Positions 8,280 to 17,646 of a DNA stretch of 44,795 bases are shown here, piece by piece. Origin of the DNA: a virus; the IMG/VR virus record IMGVR_UViG_3300034196_000067, positions 1 to 44,795 of that record; one strand, 5' to 3'. The position numbers and the translations under genes were made by a program. Under the pieces are notes generated by a model. The model had not been told where the DNA came from. It saw only the letters and a list, made by a program, of their open reading frames with translations, and did no database searches. Numbering within the stretch: the stretch's first letter is position 1; the number at the start of each line of letters is the position of its first letter.

Positions 8280-9074
8280 CTACTTGCTCTCCTCAGTCTG
8301 CTCGTCCTTGAACTGGTAGCCGGCCGTCTCCAGCATCTCGGTGGCTCGCTGCTCGACCGCAGCCTCCAGCTTCGCGCGCTGCTCGTCGCTGGCGCTGACC
8401 TTCTCCTGCTCCGGCTCCTTCTGGTCGGCGGTCGGATCGATCCCGTTCGCCTTCAGGATCTCCAGAGCCCGACGCTCGGCGAGGACATCGAGTGCGCTGG
8501 CTGACGGCTCTTCCGCGGACGACTGCTTCTTCTTGCTCATGCGGCCAGCAGCGAAGCCAGCGGCGCCGGCAGCACCGGCCGAGTACTTCTTGCCATGCGC
8601 CTTGAGGTGCGCGCCGACCTTGCCGCCCACTTCCTTCGCCCCGCCCTTGATGGCCTCGAACCGGCCAGCGGTCTTCTCTTGCTCCGCAGCACCGATGTTC
8701 CGGAGCTCCTGAGCGTAGGCATGGGCCATCACGCGGCCCAGGTAGTCGGCCTCGGCGAGCTTCTCCTTCGCCTCGGAGACCTTCTCCTGCCCCTCTTCCT
8801 CTTCTTCGCCCTGAGCGGCCTTGGCAGGCTCCTCTTCCTCGGGCTCTTCGACGGCGGCCTGGTCATCGCCGTCCTCGTCAGCCAGAACCTGCTTCGCGAG
8901 CTCTTCGGCCTCTTCGTCGGACATCGCGGCCGGATCGATCTCGCCGTCAGCAGCCAGCTTCTCTGCGAGCTCGGCCTGGGCCAGCTTCTCGACGTCACCC
9001 TCGTCCTGGTTGGTGTGGTAGATCTCGGCGAGTCTCTCGTCCATCGGCATGTCTTCTTCTCCTTCAGCTTTCAA
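8280..9074 (-). CDS. Highly acidic coiled-coil protein (264 aa), scaffolding-protein-like
   Basis: EEPEEEEPAKAAQGEEEEEGQEK, Glu/Ala/Lys-rich helical composition. Canonical position between a portal/protease-position gene and the capsid gene. Confidence 0.5.
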   Translation of the reverse strand: MKAEGEEDMPMDERLAEIYHTNQDEGDVEKLAQAELAEKLAADGEIDPAAMSDEEAEELAKQVLADEDGDDQAAVEEPEEEEPAKAAQGEEEEEGQEKVSEAKEKLAEADYLGRVMAHAYAQELRNIGAAEQEKTAGRFEAIKGGAKEVGGKVGAHLKAHGKKYSAGAAGAAGFAAGRMSKKKQSSAEEPSASALDVLAERRALEILKANGIDPTADQKEPEQEKVSASDEQRAKLEAAVEQRATEMLETAGYQFKDEQTEESK

Positions 9075-9103
9075 GGTGAGGGCCGTCTTCGAGGCTTTGG
9101 CCT

Positions 9104-10831
9104 CTAGGCCGCGTGTGTGGTCTCCCGAAAGAGATCCGCATGTTCGAAAACGGCCGCACCAGCGACCGCGTCACTGCACAACAGGCTTCGATCTTGAAGA
9201 TGAGCGCCCAATAGATACCGCATCGAGTCGGGAGTGAGGATCTCGGCGTTGGCTTTCTTCAGGAACATGGTGCTGAGGCCTTCTCCAAGAACCGCTTCTC
9301 TCAACTTCGGGTCACTCTCTACTGCATCCACTACCTGCGAAATCTTCTTCAAGAAGGAGCGCCGATATCCGTTGTACGCGGCGCTAACCTTGTCCAGCAA
9401 AGGATGCTCGATAGGCGCTCTGGTGGGAAGGACGTTTTTCGCCCCTCTTCCAGCAATCATGACCCGGAGCTGAAAAGGAGTCCCAAGGGCGGTACGTTCC
9501 TTGATGTACTTCTTGAGAGCGACGAAGATAGCATCCAGCGGCTCATCAGAGTCCCGACTCCCCATACCTCCGAAGTCGAAGTCGGGGACCTGTCGGAAAA
9601 CCTTCCGCTCCCGAGTGAGCTGGTTGAGGAGATCGTCTTCGCCCATTCTGCGGAGCACCACATGCTGATACTCGTGGGGCTTCAGGACCATACCAGTACG
9701 AGAGATTGTCCCCAAGACGTCTTGCAGTCGCTTCTGCGCCAGGAAGTCGAGATCCTTGGGAGAGATGTCCGGTTCCTGCTTCTCCATGGCTGGCAAGGTC
9801 TTCATGCCAAAGGAGCTGGAGGGAACCTGCTTCACAATCTCGGAGAGCTTCTGTCTTGCTTCTTTCACTCCAAAGGCCGAAGCGAGCTTCTCGGTATGAC
9901 AAGTGACCTGCTCTGCGCATGAAGAGCAGAGACGCCCACAAGGTCCTCGTAGACCAGAAGCCCCTGAGCACGAAGCGGCTTTGGACAGCCCGTCAGAAGA
10001 CAGGGGCACACCGCGAGAGTCGAAGAGAGAGGACTCCACCACGGTGGGTACCGCGCAAACATTGCCGAGGCAGAGTTGCGCGCCCTTCTGCGCCAGCTTC
10101 GCCATCACCTTGGCCGTCTTGTCGGCACCGATGAAGACGAAGCTGATGTCAAAGAAGCGAGGGAAGATGTTCTTGACGAAGATCTTCTGGCCGTCTGGGA
10201 GAATCCGATTTGGCCCGTAGATCCCTCGGAGTTCTTCCGGAGGACGCATGTGCTTGCAGTAGTCGTCTCGCGTCTTGGAACGATGCAAACACTCTCGGAC
10301 GGAGCACTCGTCCCAAGGAACCCGACACCCCATGCTCACGTCAGGGAAGTCCCCGGACTCGATACGCGCCAGAATGCTTCCCGCACCTTGGCGTTCTGCG
10401 GCTTCTCGATCGAGCTTGATGACGAGCTCGACTCTACGCATCCTGTGATTCAGGACGGAGAGAACTGGATTCCCGAAAGCACGAGCCGGGTCCTTGTTGG
10501 CGTGGTGCTGGAAAGCGTGAGCGTTGAGGAACGTCTGGTAGCCGTAATCCGTTCCTTTGTGAGCCAAAGACTCCCAAGGAAAGTAGTCGGCGTTGATGTT
10601 TGAACCGAAATACTCCCCAGCACCAAGGGCGTTCACTAGGACGTAGAGGTGCCTCTTCCGATCGTCCGACGTGATGGTCTGGATGTACTTGCGCAGCTCT
10701 TCCCCAGTCTCCCAATCGGAGAACGGATCTGCGCCGGCAGTCTTCTCGAAACAACCGGCACTGCCGAAGAGTGCCTGGGCGTAGATGCCGGCGTCCGTGC
10801 GACCGAAGAAGAGTACCTGCTTCTCTTTCAC
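9104..10831 (-). CDS. Large head-assembly protein (575 aa) in the canonical portal/protease position; identity unresolved
   Basis: Long confident ORF with His/Cys-rich segments (HAFQHH, GCRVPWDECSVRECLH, CSGASGLRGPCGRLCSSC). Its position between terminase and scaffold/capsid suggests portal or prohead protease. No diagnostic motif recognised. Confidence 0.5.
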   Translation of the reverse strand: MKEKQVLFFGRTDAGIYAQALFGSAGCFEKTAGADPFSDWETGEELRKYIQTITSDDRKRHLYVLVNALGAGEYFGSNINADYFPWESLAHKGTDYGYQTFLNAHAFQHHANKDPARAFGNPVLSVLNHRMRRVELVIKLDREAAERQGAGSILARIESGDFPDVSMGCRVPWDECSVRECLHRSKTRDDYCKHMRPPEELRGIYGPNRILPDGQKIFVKNIFPRFFDISFVFIGADKTAKVMAKLAQKGAQLCLGNVCAVPTVVESSLFDSRGVPLSSDGLSKAASCSGASGLRGPCGRLCSSCAEQVTCHTEKLASAFGVKEARQKLSEIVKQVPSSSFGMKTLPAMEKQEPDISPKDLDFLAQKRLQDVLGTISRTGMVLKPHEYQHVVLRRMGEDDLLNQLTRERKVFRQVPDFDFGGMGSRDSDEPLDAIFVALKKYIKERTALGTPFQLRVMIAGRGAKNVLPTRAPIEHPLLDKVSAAYNGYRRSFLKKISQVVDAVESDPKLREAVLGEGLSTMFLKKANAEILTPDSMRYLLGAHLQDRSLLCSDAVAGAAVFEHADLFRETTHAA

Positions 10832-10843
10832 GTCACGCCCTTC

Positions 10844-11446
10844 TTACTTCTTGGGGCCGCCGCCGGAGAGTCGGTACTGCGCATCGACCATCTTCTTCTG
10901 GCTCTCTGCCATCTCGGTAAGGATCCGGTGGTAGGACATCGGAGCCGTATCCAGAAGCTGAGAGACGGCTGCCCCAGCCGCCATCGGGTTGGCCGCAAGA
11001 GCGGGGGCCACGTCACGAAGGGACTTGTAGTGCTGACGAACGACGTCCAGATCCTTCTCGCGCAGCTCTGGGTTGGCCGCCAGCATGTTCTTCCAGTGAG
11101 TCCCTGAGCGGAGGTTCTTCCGAACCACGTTGTAGAGGTCGGCAGCGACTGCCATCCCGAGGCCTCCTAGAACTCCGCTGGCCACACTGCTGGCAGAGTC
11201 TGCCCCGAGACGCTTCCCCCAGGAACCGAGTCGAGCGACGCGACTGGACGTGTCGAGAACCCCAGGGTTGACGGCAGCCGTCTTGGATCTTTCCGTCACC
11301 GTCTCTGTGATCTTGCGAAAGCCTTCCTGGACGTCCGGAACGAACTCCGGAGCCACCCGTTCCAGGAGCTTCAGCTCGAAAGCCGTCTTCTCGACGACTT
11401 CCGGAGCAGCTTGTGCAGCGATCTTCATCATCTCCTGGACGTTCAT
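10844..11446 (-). CDS. Hypothetical protein (200 aa)
   Basis: Minus-strand ORF. ATGA overlap with the upstream 11443..11706. Confidence 0.45.
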   Translation of the reverse strand: MNVQEMMKIAAQAAPEVVEKTAFELKLLERVAPEFVPDVQEGFRKITETVTERSKTAAVNPGVLDTSSRVARLGSWGKRLGADSASSVASGVLGGLGMAVAADLYNVVRKNLRSGTHWKNMLAANPELREKDLDVVRQHYKSLRDVAPALAANPMAAGAAVSQLLDTAPMSYHRILTEMAESQKKMVDAQYRLSGGGPKK

Positions 11447-11706
11447 TGTTCGATCCCCAGTTGGGCACGATGAACGGCCGGGTTGAATCCCGACATCGTT
11501 CTCTTGGCCTGGCCGATGGCTGCGGCCGTCCCCAAAACCCCGACGGCTGTTGGGAGAGGGTGTGCGAGTGCCGTGGCGCCCACTCTCTTGGCGACCCCCA
11601 CAGCAGCTCTTCCCGCGGCGCCGACAACCCCTGATCGCTTCTCCACCAGCCGAGTCAAGGCGCGCGTCGTAGAAGAGTGCTTCCGAAGTTCATCGAGCAG
11701 CGGCAA
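11443..11706 (-). CDS. Small basic Ala/Gly-rich protein (87 aa) with weak N-terminal LLDELRK motif
   Basis: MPLLDELRKHSS... loosely resembles the FDEL-KI family motif. Coupled into the operon. Confidence 0.35.
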   Translation of the reverse strand: MPLLDELRKHSSTTRALTRLVEKRSGVVGAAGRAAVGVAKRVGATALAHPLPTAVGVLGTAAAIGQAKRTMSGFNPAVHRAQLGIEQ

Positions 11707-12634
11707 GGAGATCCTCCTTGATCACCTGCTTCACCGCCTGAAGCTGGTCTTCGACCGTGAGGATGGCTGTGGCAACCTTCTCGCACTCGTGTTGGAAGGA
11801 GACCACTGCGCCGAACGTCTTCACGAAGGGGTGGTCCTGGTCGACGATCCGATGAGCCACCTTCTCCAGGTCAGAGAGTTGGCAGTAGACCTCGTCAGGC
11901 GCCGCCACCTTCTCCTGGAACAGGCGTGACATGACCGGCACCAGAGCTTCTTTCAGATCCTCTCCTTCAAGGACCTCACTGGCGCCACGTGCCACGTCCG
12001 CGAAGGAGCCTCCGTCGAGCATGTGGCTCTTCACGGCGTCGTAGTACTCCGCCTCCGCCTGCTTCAAGAGCAGGTCGAGCTTCTGAGCAGAGTCGGTGAG
12101 GTTGTCCTTGAGGGAAACCAGATCTTCCTTCTTGGAGATGATCTCGTGGACACCGGTCTCGTAGGAGAAGTCGAGGCTGGCCGTCTTCTCCCGTGTAGAG
12201 GGATCCCCGAGGAACATCCGCTCCAGCTCGTCTTCGAGCTTGGCGTTGGAAATCTTTTGCCTCGGAACCTCTCGGCAGTAAGACGGATCCTCGATGGACC
12301 GCGAGAGTCGCAGGGACGTTGCCGAACCGAGGGCGTCCAGCACTTGGTCGGCGTCTGCGAGGTCGAATTGGGGGTAGCTGTGTCCGGCCCCCGCGCTCTT
12401 CGCCTTGTCATGGAAGCCGAGGTAGGCGCTCGTGTTGGCGAACTCCACCACACGGCGAATCTGTTCGGAGTTGAGGTCAGGGCTCTCGGACGCGATCTTC
12501 ATCACGCTGTCCTGAAGAGGGATGCCTGAAGTCAGAAGGCGATCAGCCGCCTCCTTCCCAAGCAACTCCAACTTCTCGGCGGAGGCCGCCTGTCCTTTTC
12601 CGGAGCTCAAGAACTGTGCGAGATCTGCTGGCAT
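11690..12634 (-). CDS. Hypothetical protein (~314 aa; track ORF extends to 12802)
   Basis: I prefer the internal ATG at 12632-12634 (MPADLAQFLSSGK...) with GGGAG SD 8 nt upstream. The track's longer version would overlap the divergent plus-strand HTH gene by more than 100 nt. Confidence 0.45.
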   Translation of the reverse strand: MPADLAQFLSSGKGQAASAEKLELLGKEAADRLLTSGIPLQDSVMKIASESPDLNSEQIRRVVEFANTSAYLGFHDKAKSAGAGHSYPQFDLADADQVLDALGSATSLRLSRSIEDPSYCREVPRQKISNAKLEDELERMFLGDPSTREKTASLDFSYETGVHEIISKKEDLVSLKDNLTDSAQKLDLLLKQAEAEYYDAVKSHMLDGGSFADVARGASEVLEGEDLKEALVPVMSRLFQEKVAAPDEVYCQLSDLEKVAHRIVDQDHPFVKTFGAVVSFQHECEKVATAILTVEDQLQAVKQVIKEDLLAAAR

Positions 12635-12694
12635 GGGTGGTAGACTCCCGTCCCTGGGAGAAGCTGGGTTCAGAGTAGAAGGGAGGTGGCTGAA
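12635..12694. promoter_or_regulatory. 60-bp divergent intergenic region (probable back-to-back promoters/operator)
   Basis: Lies between the divergent starts of 11690..12634 (-) and the HTH gene 12695..13384 (+). Too short for anything but regulatory signals. Confidence 0.35.
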
Positions 12695-13384
12695 ATGGGA
12701 AGCGAATTCCTCACCATCGACCAGGCAGCGGCGAAGCTCCGGGTGACGAAGAGATCTGTTCTCAACTACCTGCGGAGGGGGCTCCTGCGTCGAGAGAGGC
12801 AAGGAAAGAACAAAGTTTGCATCCCGCTCGAAGACGTTGAGCAGCTTCAGACAGACCTAGGGGTCGGGTTTCCTCCGATGAGTCGGAAGACCTTCTTCCA
12901 GCTCTGGGCCCGGGTGCAGCGCCTAGAAGCCGACATGGTAGTCGTGAAGAGGGGCCTTGGGGTAGGAGGTTCTCCTCTTCGTCCAACCAAGCAAGAGGCC
13001 ATCCTCCTATCTGAGCACGCAAGACGAGCTCTAGACGCCGGGCAGTGGGGGGAGGAAGAGCTTGTGTCCTGGGCTGATCTCTTCGACCGTGCCGACGAAG
13101 TCTTCTTTGAGACTCTGGACGCAGCTCTCGAAGCCTCGGACGGGTGGCTCCCGTTCTACCAGCTCTGTGTTGCTCAGATGAAGCAAGTGAGCTTCGATCC
13201 CCGGTTCAAGACCTCCCTCTCTCTGCAAGCCCTGCACTCTCATCTGACGCAAGGGTTGCAGCATATCCGACAAGCTGCTCTCGTCTACATAGAGGCAGGA
13301 GGCGGCAAGACGACAGAGACGGCTGTCGCAAAGATGGACGGTGTCAAAGCCACGCTGGAGAAGAGGCTGACTGCAAAAGGTTGA
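12695..13384 (+). CDS. DNA-binding protein with N-terminal excisionase/MerR-like HTH (HTH_17-like), 229 aa
   Basis: LTIDQAAAKLRVTKRSVLNYLRRGLLRRERQGKNKVCIPLEDVEQL matches the excisionase-family HTH pattern. ATG at 12695 with GGGAGGTGG SD. The track start 12686 is GTG. Confidence 0.55.
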   Translation: MGSEFLTIDQAAAKLRVTKRSVLNYLRRGLLRRERQGKNKVCIPLEDVEQLQTDLGVGFPPMSRKTFFQLWARVQRLEADMVVVKRGLGVGGSPLRPTKQEAILLSEHARRALDAGQWGEEELVSWADLFDRADEVFFETLDAALEASDGWLPFYQLCVAQMKQVSFDPRFKTSLSLQALHSHLTQGLQHIRQAALVYIEAGGGKTTETAVAKMDGVKATLEKRLTAKG

Positions 13385-13451
13385 GCTCTGAAGGGATAAG
13401 AAGAAGAGGCGGAATTATTCGCCTCCTATTCCTTGGAGGTCTATCTCAACC

Positions 13452-13826
13452 ATGAATACCGTTTCAGGAGTTGCCGTCGATCAAGCAGACCCTTCCAGCC
13501 CTCCAGTCGGGAGTGACGGGAAATCCCGACCCCATCGAAAGATCAGTCTGACGGACGAAGAAGTCCGTCTGATCGCCTTCGAGGCGGCAAGAAGAGGCGA
13601 CAGCGCGCAGGCGGCGCGCATCGCTGAACTCATCGGGGAGCAGCCTCCCAAGGTCGGCTTCTTTCAGAAGATGCCCACTCGGGGAGAGATCCTCACCGTG
13701 GTTGGAGTAGCTGTGGTGGCCGGCGTCGGGGCGTATGTCGGCGTCAAGATCTCGCGACGTCGATCCTCCATGAAGTCCGGAGGCAAGGTGCTGAAGCTGG
13801 CACCACCTCTCGCCGCCAGCCGCTGA
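13452..13826 (+). CDS. Small protein (124 aa) with one C-terminal hydrophobic helix
   Basis: ILTVVGVAVVAGVGAYVGV membrane-like segment followed by an RRRSS basic tail. Downstream of the HTH gene on the same strand. Confidence 0.35.
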   Translation: MNTVSGVAVDQADPSSPPVGSDGKSRPHRKISLTDEEVRLIAFEAARRGDSAQAARIAELIGEQPPKVGFFQKMPTRGEILTVVGVAVVAGVGAYVGVKISRRRSSMKSGGKVLKLAPPLAASR

Positions 13827-13920
13827 GGTTAGGGACTCTCTCGAATATGCAGTCTTCGGCTCGCGCCGAACGCCTACCAAAAATAGGCTCCTTCGATTTG
13901 AGAGAGGCGGGAAGGAAGCA

Positions 13921-13957
13921 GAAGGTCGGGCTTCCACACCCGACCTTCTTCCCTTTT
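13921..13957 (+). terminator. Rho-independent terminator at the convergent junction between the plus-strand island and the terminase gene
   Basis: GAAGGTCGGG / CCCGACCTTC 10-bp stem with 8-nt loop, followed by TTCCCTTTTAGG. Overlaps the TerL stop codon. Confidence 0.5.
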
Positions 13958-15758
13958 AGGTATCTTCCGGCGCTGCGTAGTTGGTCTTCTGCGTCGGGTT
14001 CAGCACGTCATGGCGTGGATTCCGAATCATCGAGGCGAGGAAGCAGAAGAGGATGGCGTGGAACGAGTCGTCCGTCATGTCCGGCGCGTGCTTGTACTGC
14101 ACCTGACGCTGCGTCTCGTTGTACTCGCTGAAGATGTTCAGCATGTCCTTCGCGAACGGATCTTCGAACTGAGCAAAGTCCGGGAAGCGGAAGACGTCTA
14201 GACGCTTGATGGCGCTGAAGATGTCGCTCATCACCTCTGTGCGATGGACGAGGTAGCGACGCAAACCATCTTCCCAACGCACCTTCTGGCTGGGCTGGGA
14301 GTACTGGTACTTCACGATTCTGCGAGAGCCGAAGGTGCGGGCGAGCTGATCGTTCGGGTAGTGGCCACCACCGTAGTCAACTCCGACGAGCTGCACGTTC
14401 CAGTACTTGATGAGCTTGCTGATGAGGTCGATCTGGGCCGAAGGTTCTACCTCTGGGCCCTCAAAGCGGTGGATGTAGAAGATGTTGAAGAAACCATGAA
14501 TGTAGGCGCCTAGCGCGATGACGGAGTACGAACCTTCGCCAGTACCCCAGTCGATTCCCGCGTAGACCGGAGAGATGTCTCCGAGAGCTGCTTTGATGGC
14601 ATGAAGACCATCCTGGTCCATGTACTGACCAGGGACGCAGTTGTCGATGATGTTCTTGCGCGTGAGGGGACGCGAACCAGAGTCGTAAGAAAGCCCCAAT
14701 ACCTCGTTGTAGAAAGTGGCGCGCGGGAACTTGACGTACTTGTCTAGGATCTCAGACCAAGGGATCCAGGGCACCATGAGCTGCGGGATCCGATACCCCT
14801 CGTAGAACTCCTTCAACTTCTGCTTCACGCCCTCATTCATCGAAGCCCACTGCGCCATCGGGTGCATGGGATCGATACGCTGTTTGCACTTGGAACAAAT
14901 CGGACCATCCTGCCCAGGGTCGATGTTGTCCTCAGTGAGGATGTTCCAGAACCAGCTCGACGGGTTGTTGGGAGTGCCGTGCCGATCGCAGGGCACCACC
15001 CACTCATTCTGCGTTGAGAAGTTCTGCCAGTAGTGCTCGATGGTGTTGTCAGTGCTCTTCGGCGTGCCGGAGTAGAGGAAGAGCTTGTAGTGCGAGTGGG
15101 ACGCGCACTCTTCGATGACGGGGATGTTGTCGGTGATGACATCCTGGATCTCGTCTACCAGGATGAGATCAGCCGGGATGCCTCTGGTACGGTCGGCGTT
15201 GTGGTAGGCGTATCGAAGCGTGATCTTCGAACGGTTGATGAACTGCTTCTCAAAGACGTTGTCGGAGAGCTTTGAGGTAGTCCAGGCCTTCAAGATCTCC
15301 GACGTCTCGATGGGCTCCTTGAGACGGTCCGCCGAGAACTTCTTCGTCTGCTGGTTCGTCGGAGAGACGTAGAGAACGTTGAAGGCGTTGACGATGCAGC
15401 AGTAGGCGAGACACTTGTTCCCGAGCAGCGTCGACTTCTCGACCTGGCGCCCGCATTTGTAGAGAGTGCGACGTGCTGGCGTGTCGTAAGGAAGACGGAG
15501 GTACCGTCTTCCGTCGAAGCTGAAAGGGACGTGTTTCTGAAGCTCCTTGTTCGGAACCCGGATGGCGAACTCGACAAACTGAGAAGGAGGCACTCCGATG
15601 AGTTGAGCTTGTCTCTGCTGAAGCTCGCTCTCGTCCAGGAACCCTTCTTCGACCTCGGAGCGGTAGTCCCACTCTTCGCGGAGCTCAGGATACCCGCTCT
15701 CGGAGATGACGACGTCCGAGTCTAGGCGTAGGTACTCATCATATGGAAGGGTCAGCAT
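13956..15758 (-). CDS. terL: Terminase large subunit (ATPase + nuclease)
   Basis: Walker B-like ADLILVDEIQDV in the N-terminal ATPase region. RNase-H-like nuclease region with IDWGTGEGSYSVIALGAYI. Size and two-domain layout fit TerL. The track start 15842 is TTG. I prefer ATG 15756-15758 (MLTLPYDEY...) with AGGA upstream. Confidence 0.75.
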   Translation of the reverse strand: MLTLPYDEYLRLDSDVVISESGYPELREEWDYRSEVEEGFLDESELQQRQAQLIGVPPSQFVEFAIRVPNKELQKHVPFSFDGRRYLRLPYDTPARRTLYKCGRQVEKSTLLGNKCLAYCCIVNAFNVLYVSPTNQQTKKFSADRLKEPIETSEILKAWTTSKLSDNVFEKQFINRSKITLRYAYHNADRTRGIPADLILVDEIQDVITDNIPVIEECASHSHYKLFLYSGTPKSTDNTIEHYWQNFSTQNEWVVPCDRHGTPNNPSSWFWNILTEDNIDPGQDGPICSKCKQRIDPMHPMAQWASMNEGVKQKLKEFYEGYRIPQLMVPWIPWSEILDKYVKFPRATFYNEVLGLSYDSGSRPLTRKNIIDNCVPGQYMDQDGLHAIKAALGDISPVYAGIDWGTGEGSYSVIALGAYIHGFFNIFYIHRFEGPEVEPSAQIDLISKLIKYWNVQLVGVDYGGGHYPNDQLARTFGSRRIVKYQYSQPSQKVRWEDGLRRYLVHRTEVMSDIFSAIKRLDVFRFPDFAQFEDPFAKDMLNIFSEYNETQRQVQYKHAPDMTDDSFHAILFCFLASMIRNPRHDVLNPTQKTNYAAPEDT

Positions 15759-15776
15759 CCGACAGGAGTCCTCATC

Positions 15777-16112
15777 ATGGCGCCCCCAGGTCTTGCCTGG
15801 CTCAACTCGTTCTCGATCTCGACTGGAGCTGCACTCGACCAAGGCATCGTGGCAGAAGTCTACTCCACTGTAAATCCGTTAGTGTACACGGTTCGCGTCC
15901 GGTGGCCAGAGTCCATCTCCATGAAGAATGCAGTCATGGTATGGAATCTGCTACAGAAATGGGCGGCTGCAAACAAGACAACTCCAGATGGGCGAGTGGA
16001 CTTCGTTCAAGAAATCATCACCACTACAAGAGAAGTCCGCATCCGAGGCTTCTCCGTAGACATCCACATTCGTGAGCGACTCGGGCATCCAAAGAACGAG
16101 TACCCGAAGTGA
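15777..16112 (+). CDS. Hypothetical protein (start uncertain), first ORF of the plus-strand island
   Basis: ORF diverging from terL. No clear SD. Could be shorter or non-coding. Confidence 0.25.
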   Translation: MAPPGLAWLNSFSISTGAALDQGIVAEVYSTVNPLVYTVRVRWPESISMKNAVMVWNLLQKWAAANKTTPDGRVDFVQEIITTTREVRIRGFSVDIHIRERLGHPKNEYPK

Positions 16113-16135
16113 TAAGAAGTGAAGGAGGATTTTTC

Positions 16136-16450
16136 ATGTTCTGGTTCTTCAAGAAAAAGTCTGCTCGTCACGCTGCTATCGCCGAAGAGCTGAAAAAGAT
16201 TACCGCTGCGAATCGGCACAAGGTGGAGGCGGAAAAGCTCGCTCGCATCAAAGCGATCAACGCAGAAAGTGGACGCATCCTCGCTAGAGCAAGAGAAGAG
16301 GCTAGAGAAGGACATTCCAGGGCCGACTTCGACATCTCTCCAGCTCTTTGCTTGCACAAGGATGCCATCGTGGCCGATCTCAGAGCGAAAGGCCTCCAGG
16401 TCTCCTGCGGATTTCTAAAGGATGACCTTTCCCTGACGGTCTCGTGGTGA
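16136..16450 (+). CDS. Hypothetical coiled-coil protein (104 aa)
   Basis: ATG MFWFFKKKSARHAAIAEELKK... preceded by GAAGGAGGA SD. The track ORF 16109..16450 extends upstream. Confidence 0.4.
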   Translation: MFWFFKKKSARHAAIAEELKKITAANRHKVEAEKLARIKAINAESGRILARAREEAREGHSRADFDISPALCLHKDAIVADLRAKGLQVSCGFLKDDLSLTVSW

Positions 16451-16456
16451 GGAGCT

Positions 16457-17104
16457 ATGGCAGAACTTCTCACAGGCGGGCTCGATGAGGTTGGTTGGGG
16501 AAGTCTCGCTGGTCCCATCGTTTCCGTTGTGGCGGTGATGACGAAGAAGGACCTCCTGCTTCTGCCGAAGGGGGTCACGGATTCGAAGAAGCTCAGTCCT
16601 TTACGACGAGAGAGCTTCTTTCTTCAACTCTGTGCGGCCGTCACAGACGTAGGACTGGGTGCGGTGGAGCCCTGGGAGATCGACAAGATGGGCCCGAAGT
16701 TCGCGCTTCAGGAGAGCTACAACCGAGCGCTCGCAGAGCTGCACCACGCACCAGACCTTCTCATCGTGGATGGCTCTGAGTGGACGAACCGGGTGAAGGG
16801 CTGGGCAGGGAAACAGGAAGTGGTCCCCAAGGCAGACTTCAAGTTCAAGGAGGTATCCATCGCCTCCATCATCGCCAAGGTGGTGCGAGATCGGGTGATG
16901 GTCGAACGCGCAGCGCGGCTGAAGAAGCTCGGCTTCCCTGACTACAACTGGGCAGAGAACAAGGGCTACGGAACCCCCGACCACTTCGCCGCCATCCAGA
17001 ACCACGGCCTTCTCTTCGGGCCCGAGCATGACGGCTATCAACACCGGAAGAGCTACTGCAAGAACCTCATGGGGAAAGTGAAGATCTACAAGAAGGAGAC
17101 CTAG
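16457..17104 (+). CDS. rnhB: Ribonuclease HII
   Basis: Conserved RNase HII motifs: GLDEVGWGSLAGPIV, DSKKLS, LIVDG, ASIIAK, GYGTPDH. GAGGAG SD upstream. Confidence 0.8.
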   Translation: MAELLTGGLDEVGWGSLAGPIVSVVAVMTKKDLLLLPKGVTDSKKLSPLRRESFFLQLCAAVTDVGLGAVEPWEIDKMGPKFALQESYNRALAELHHAPDLLIVDGSEWTNRVKGWAGKQEVVPKADFKFKEVSIASIIAKVVRDRVMVERAARLKKLGFPDYNWAENKGYGTPDHFAAIQNHGLLFGPEHDGYQHRKSYCKNLMGKVKIYKKET

Positions 17105-17364
17105 TGAAATTCATCGGCACATTCGGTTTCGCCCATGAGGACCCCAAGACAGGGAAACCGTTGCGAGGCAAATACGTCGTGGTAGAGGCTGAGACCTTTG
17201 ACGAGGCGCATCGGAAGATGTCCAGCAGGTTCGATAGGAAGTGGGGATGCTTGTACGAGTCCAAGGAAGAGGCTGGGGTGGATCGTTTCGGGCTCACGAA
17301 CCTCGACGAAAGACCTGACGAAGGGGTGGTGGTACCCAACCTGAAGCGCGTCGTGGAGCTCTGA
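17104..17364 (+). CDS. Hypothetical protein (86 aa)
   Basis: Start overlaps the rnhB stop. Same-strand operon member. Confidence 0.4.
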   Translation: MKFIGTFGFAHEDPKTGKPLRGKYVVVEAETFDEAHRKMSSRFDRKWGCLYESKEEAGVDRFGLTNLDERPDEGVVVPNLKRVVEL

Positions 17365-17366
17365 TC

Positions 17367-17606
17367 ATGCTCGTGCTGGTGAAGTGCCACTGCTGTGATG
17401 TCCCCTTCCACTTCCCACAAGAGGTCCTCGCCCGGATGAAGGTTCCGTCGACCTTCTGCGAGCGCTGTTTCAACAGCTTCGACGCACTCACCCTTCGAAA
17501 GTGGTTCGTGGTCGACATTCTCCATCGACAGGTTCAGGAACTCTCCCGAACCATCGAACAGGTGTTGGGTGGTCTTGTGAACCAAACGCCGACAGCGCTT
17601 GGGTAG
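17367..17606 (+). CDS. Small Cys-containing protein (79 aa), possible zinc-binding
   Basis: CHCCDV...CERCFNSF cysteine pairs. Last gene before the terminator. Confidence 0.4.
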   Translation: MLVLVKCHCCDVPFHFPQEVLARMKVPSTFCERCFNSFDALTLRKWFVVDILHRQVQELSRTIEQVLGGLVNQTPTALG

Positions 17607-17643
17607 AGAGAAGGCCGGACAGAGAGTCCGGCCTTCTCTTTTT
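17607..17643 (+). terminator. Rho-independent terminator ending the rnhB island
   Basis: 14-bp perfect stem AGAGAAGGCCGGAC/GTCCGGCCTTCTCT, loop AGAGA, then TTTTT. Confidence 0.65.
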
Positions 17644-17646
17644 AGC

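Noticed and set aside
9104-10831. Calling the 575-aa protein a prohead protease or a portal
   Set aside because: The canonical position is suggestive, but I could not match catalytic triad spacing or portal motifs by eye. Left as unresolved head-assembly protein.
11690-12802. Longer 370-aa version of the minus-strand gene extending to 12802
   Set aside because: It would overlap the divergent HTH gene by about 110 nt. An internal ATG at 12634 with a GGGAG SD gives a non-overlapping, conventional divergent arrangement.
13956-15842. Track start (TTG at 15842) for terL
   Set aside because: It is a TTG most-upstream start that would overlap the divergent plus ORF. The ATG at 15758 has an SD and still includes all ATPase motifs.
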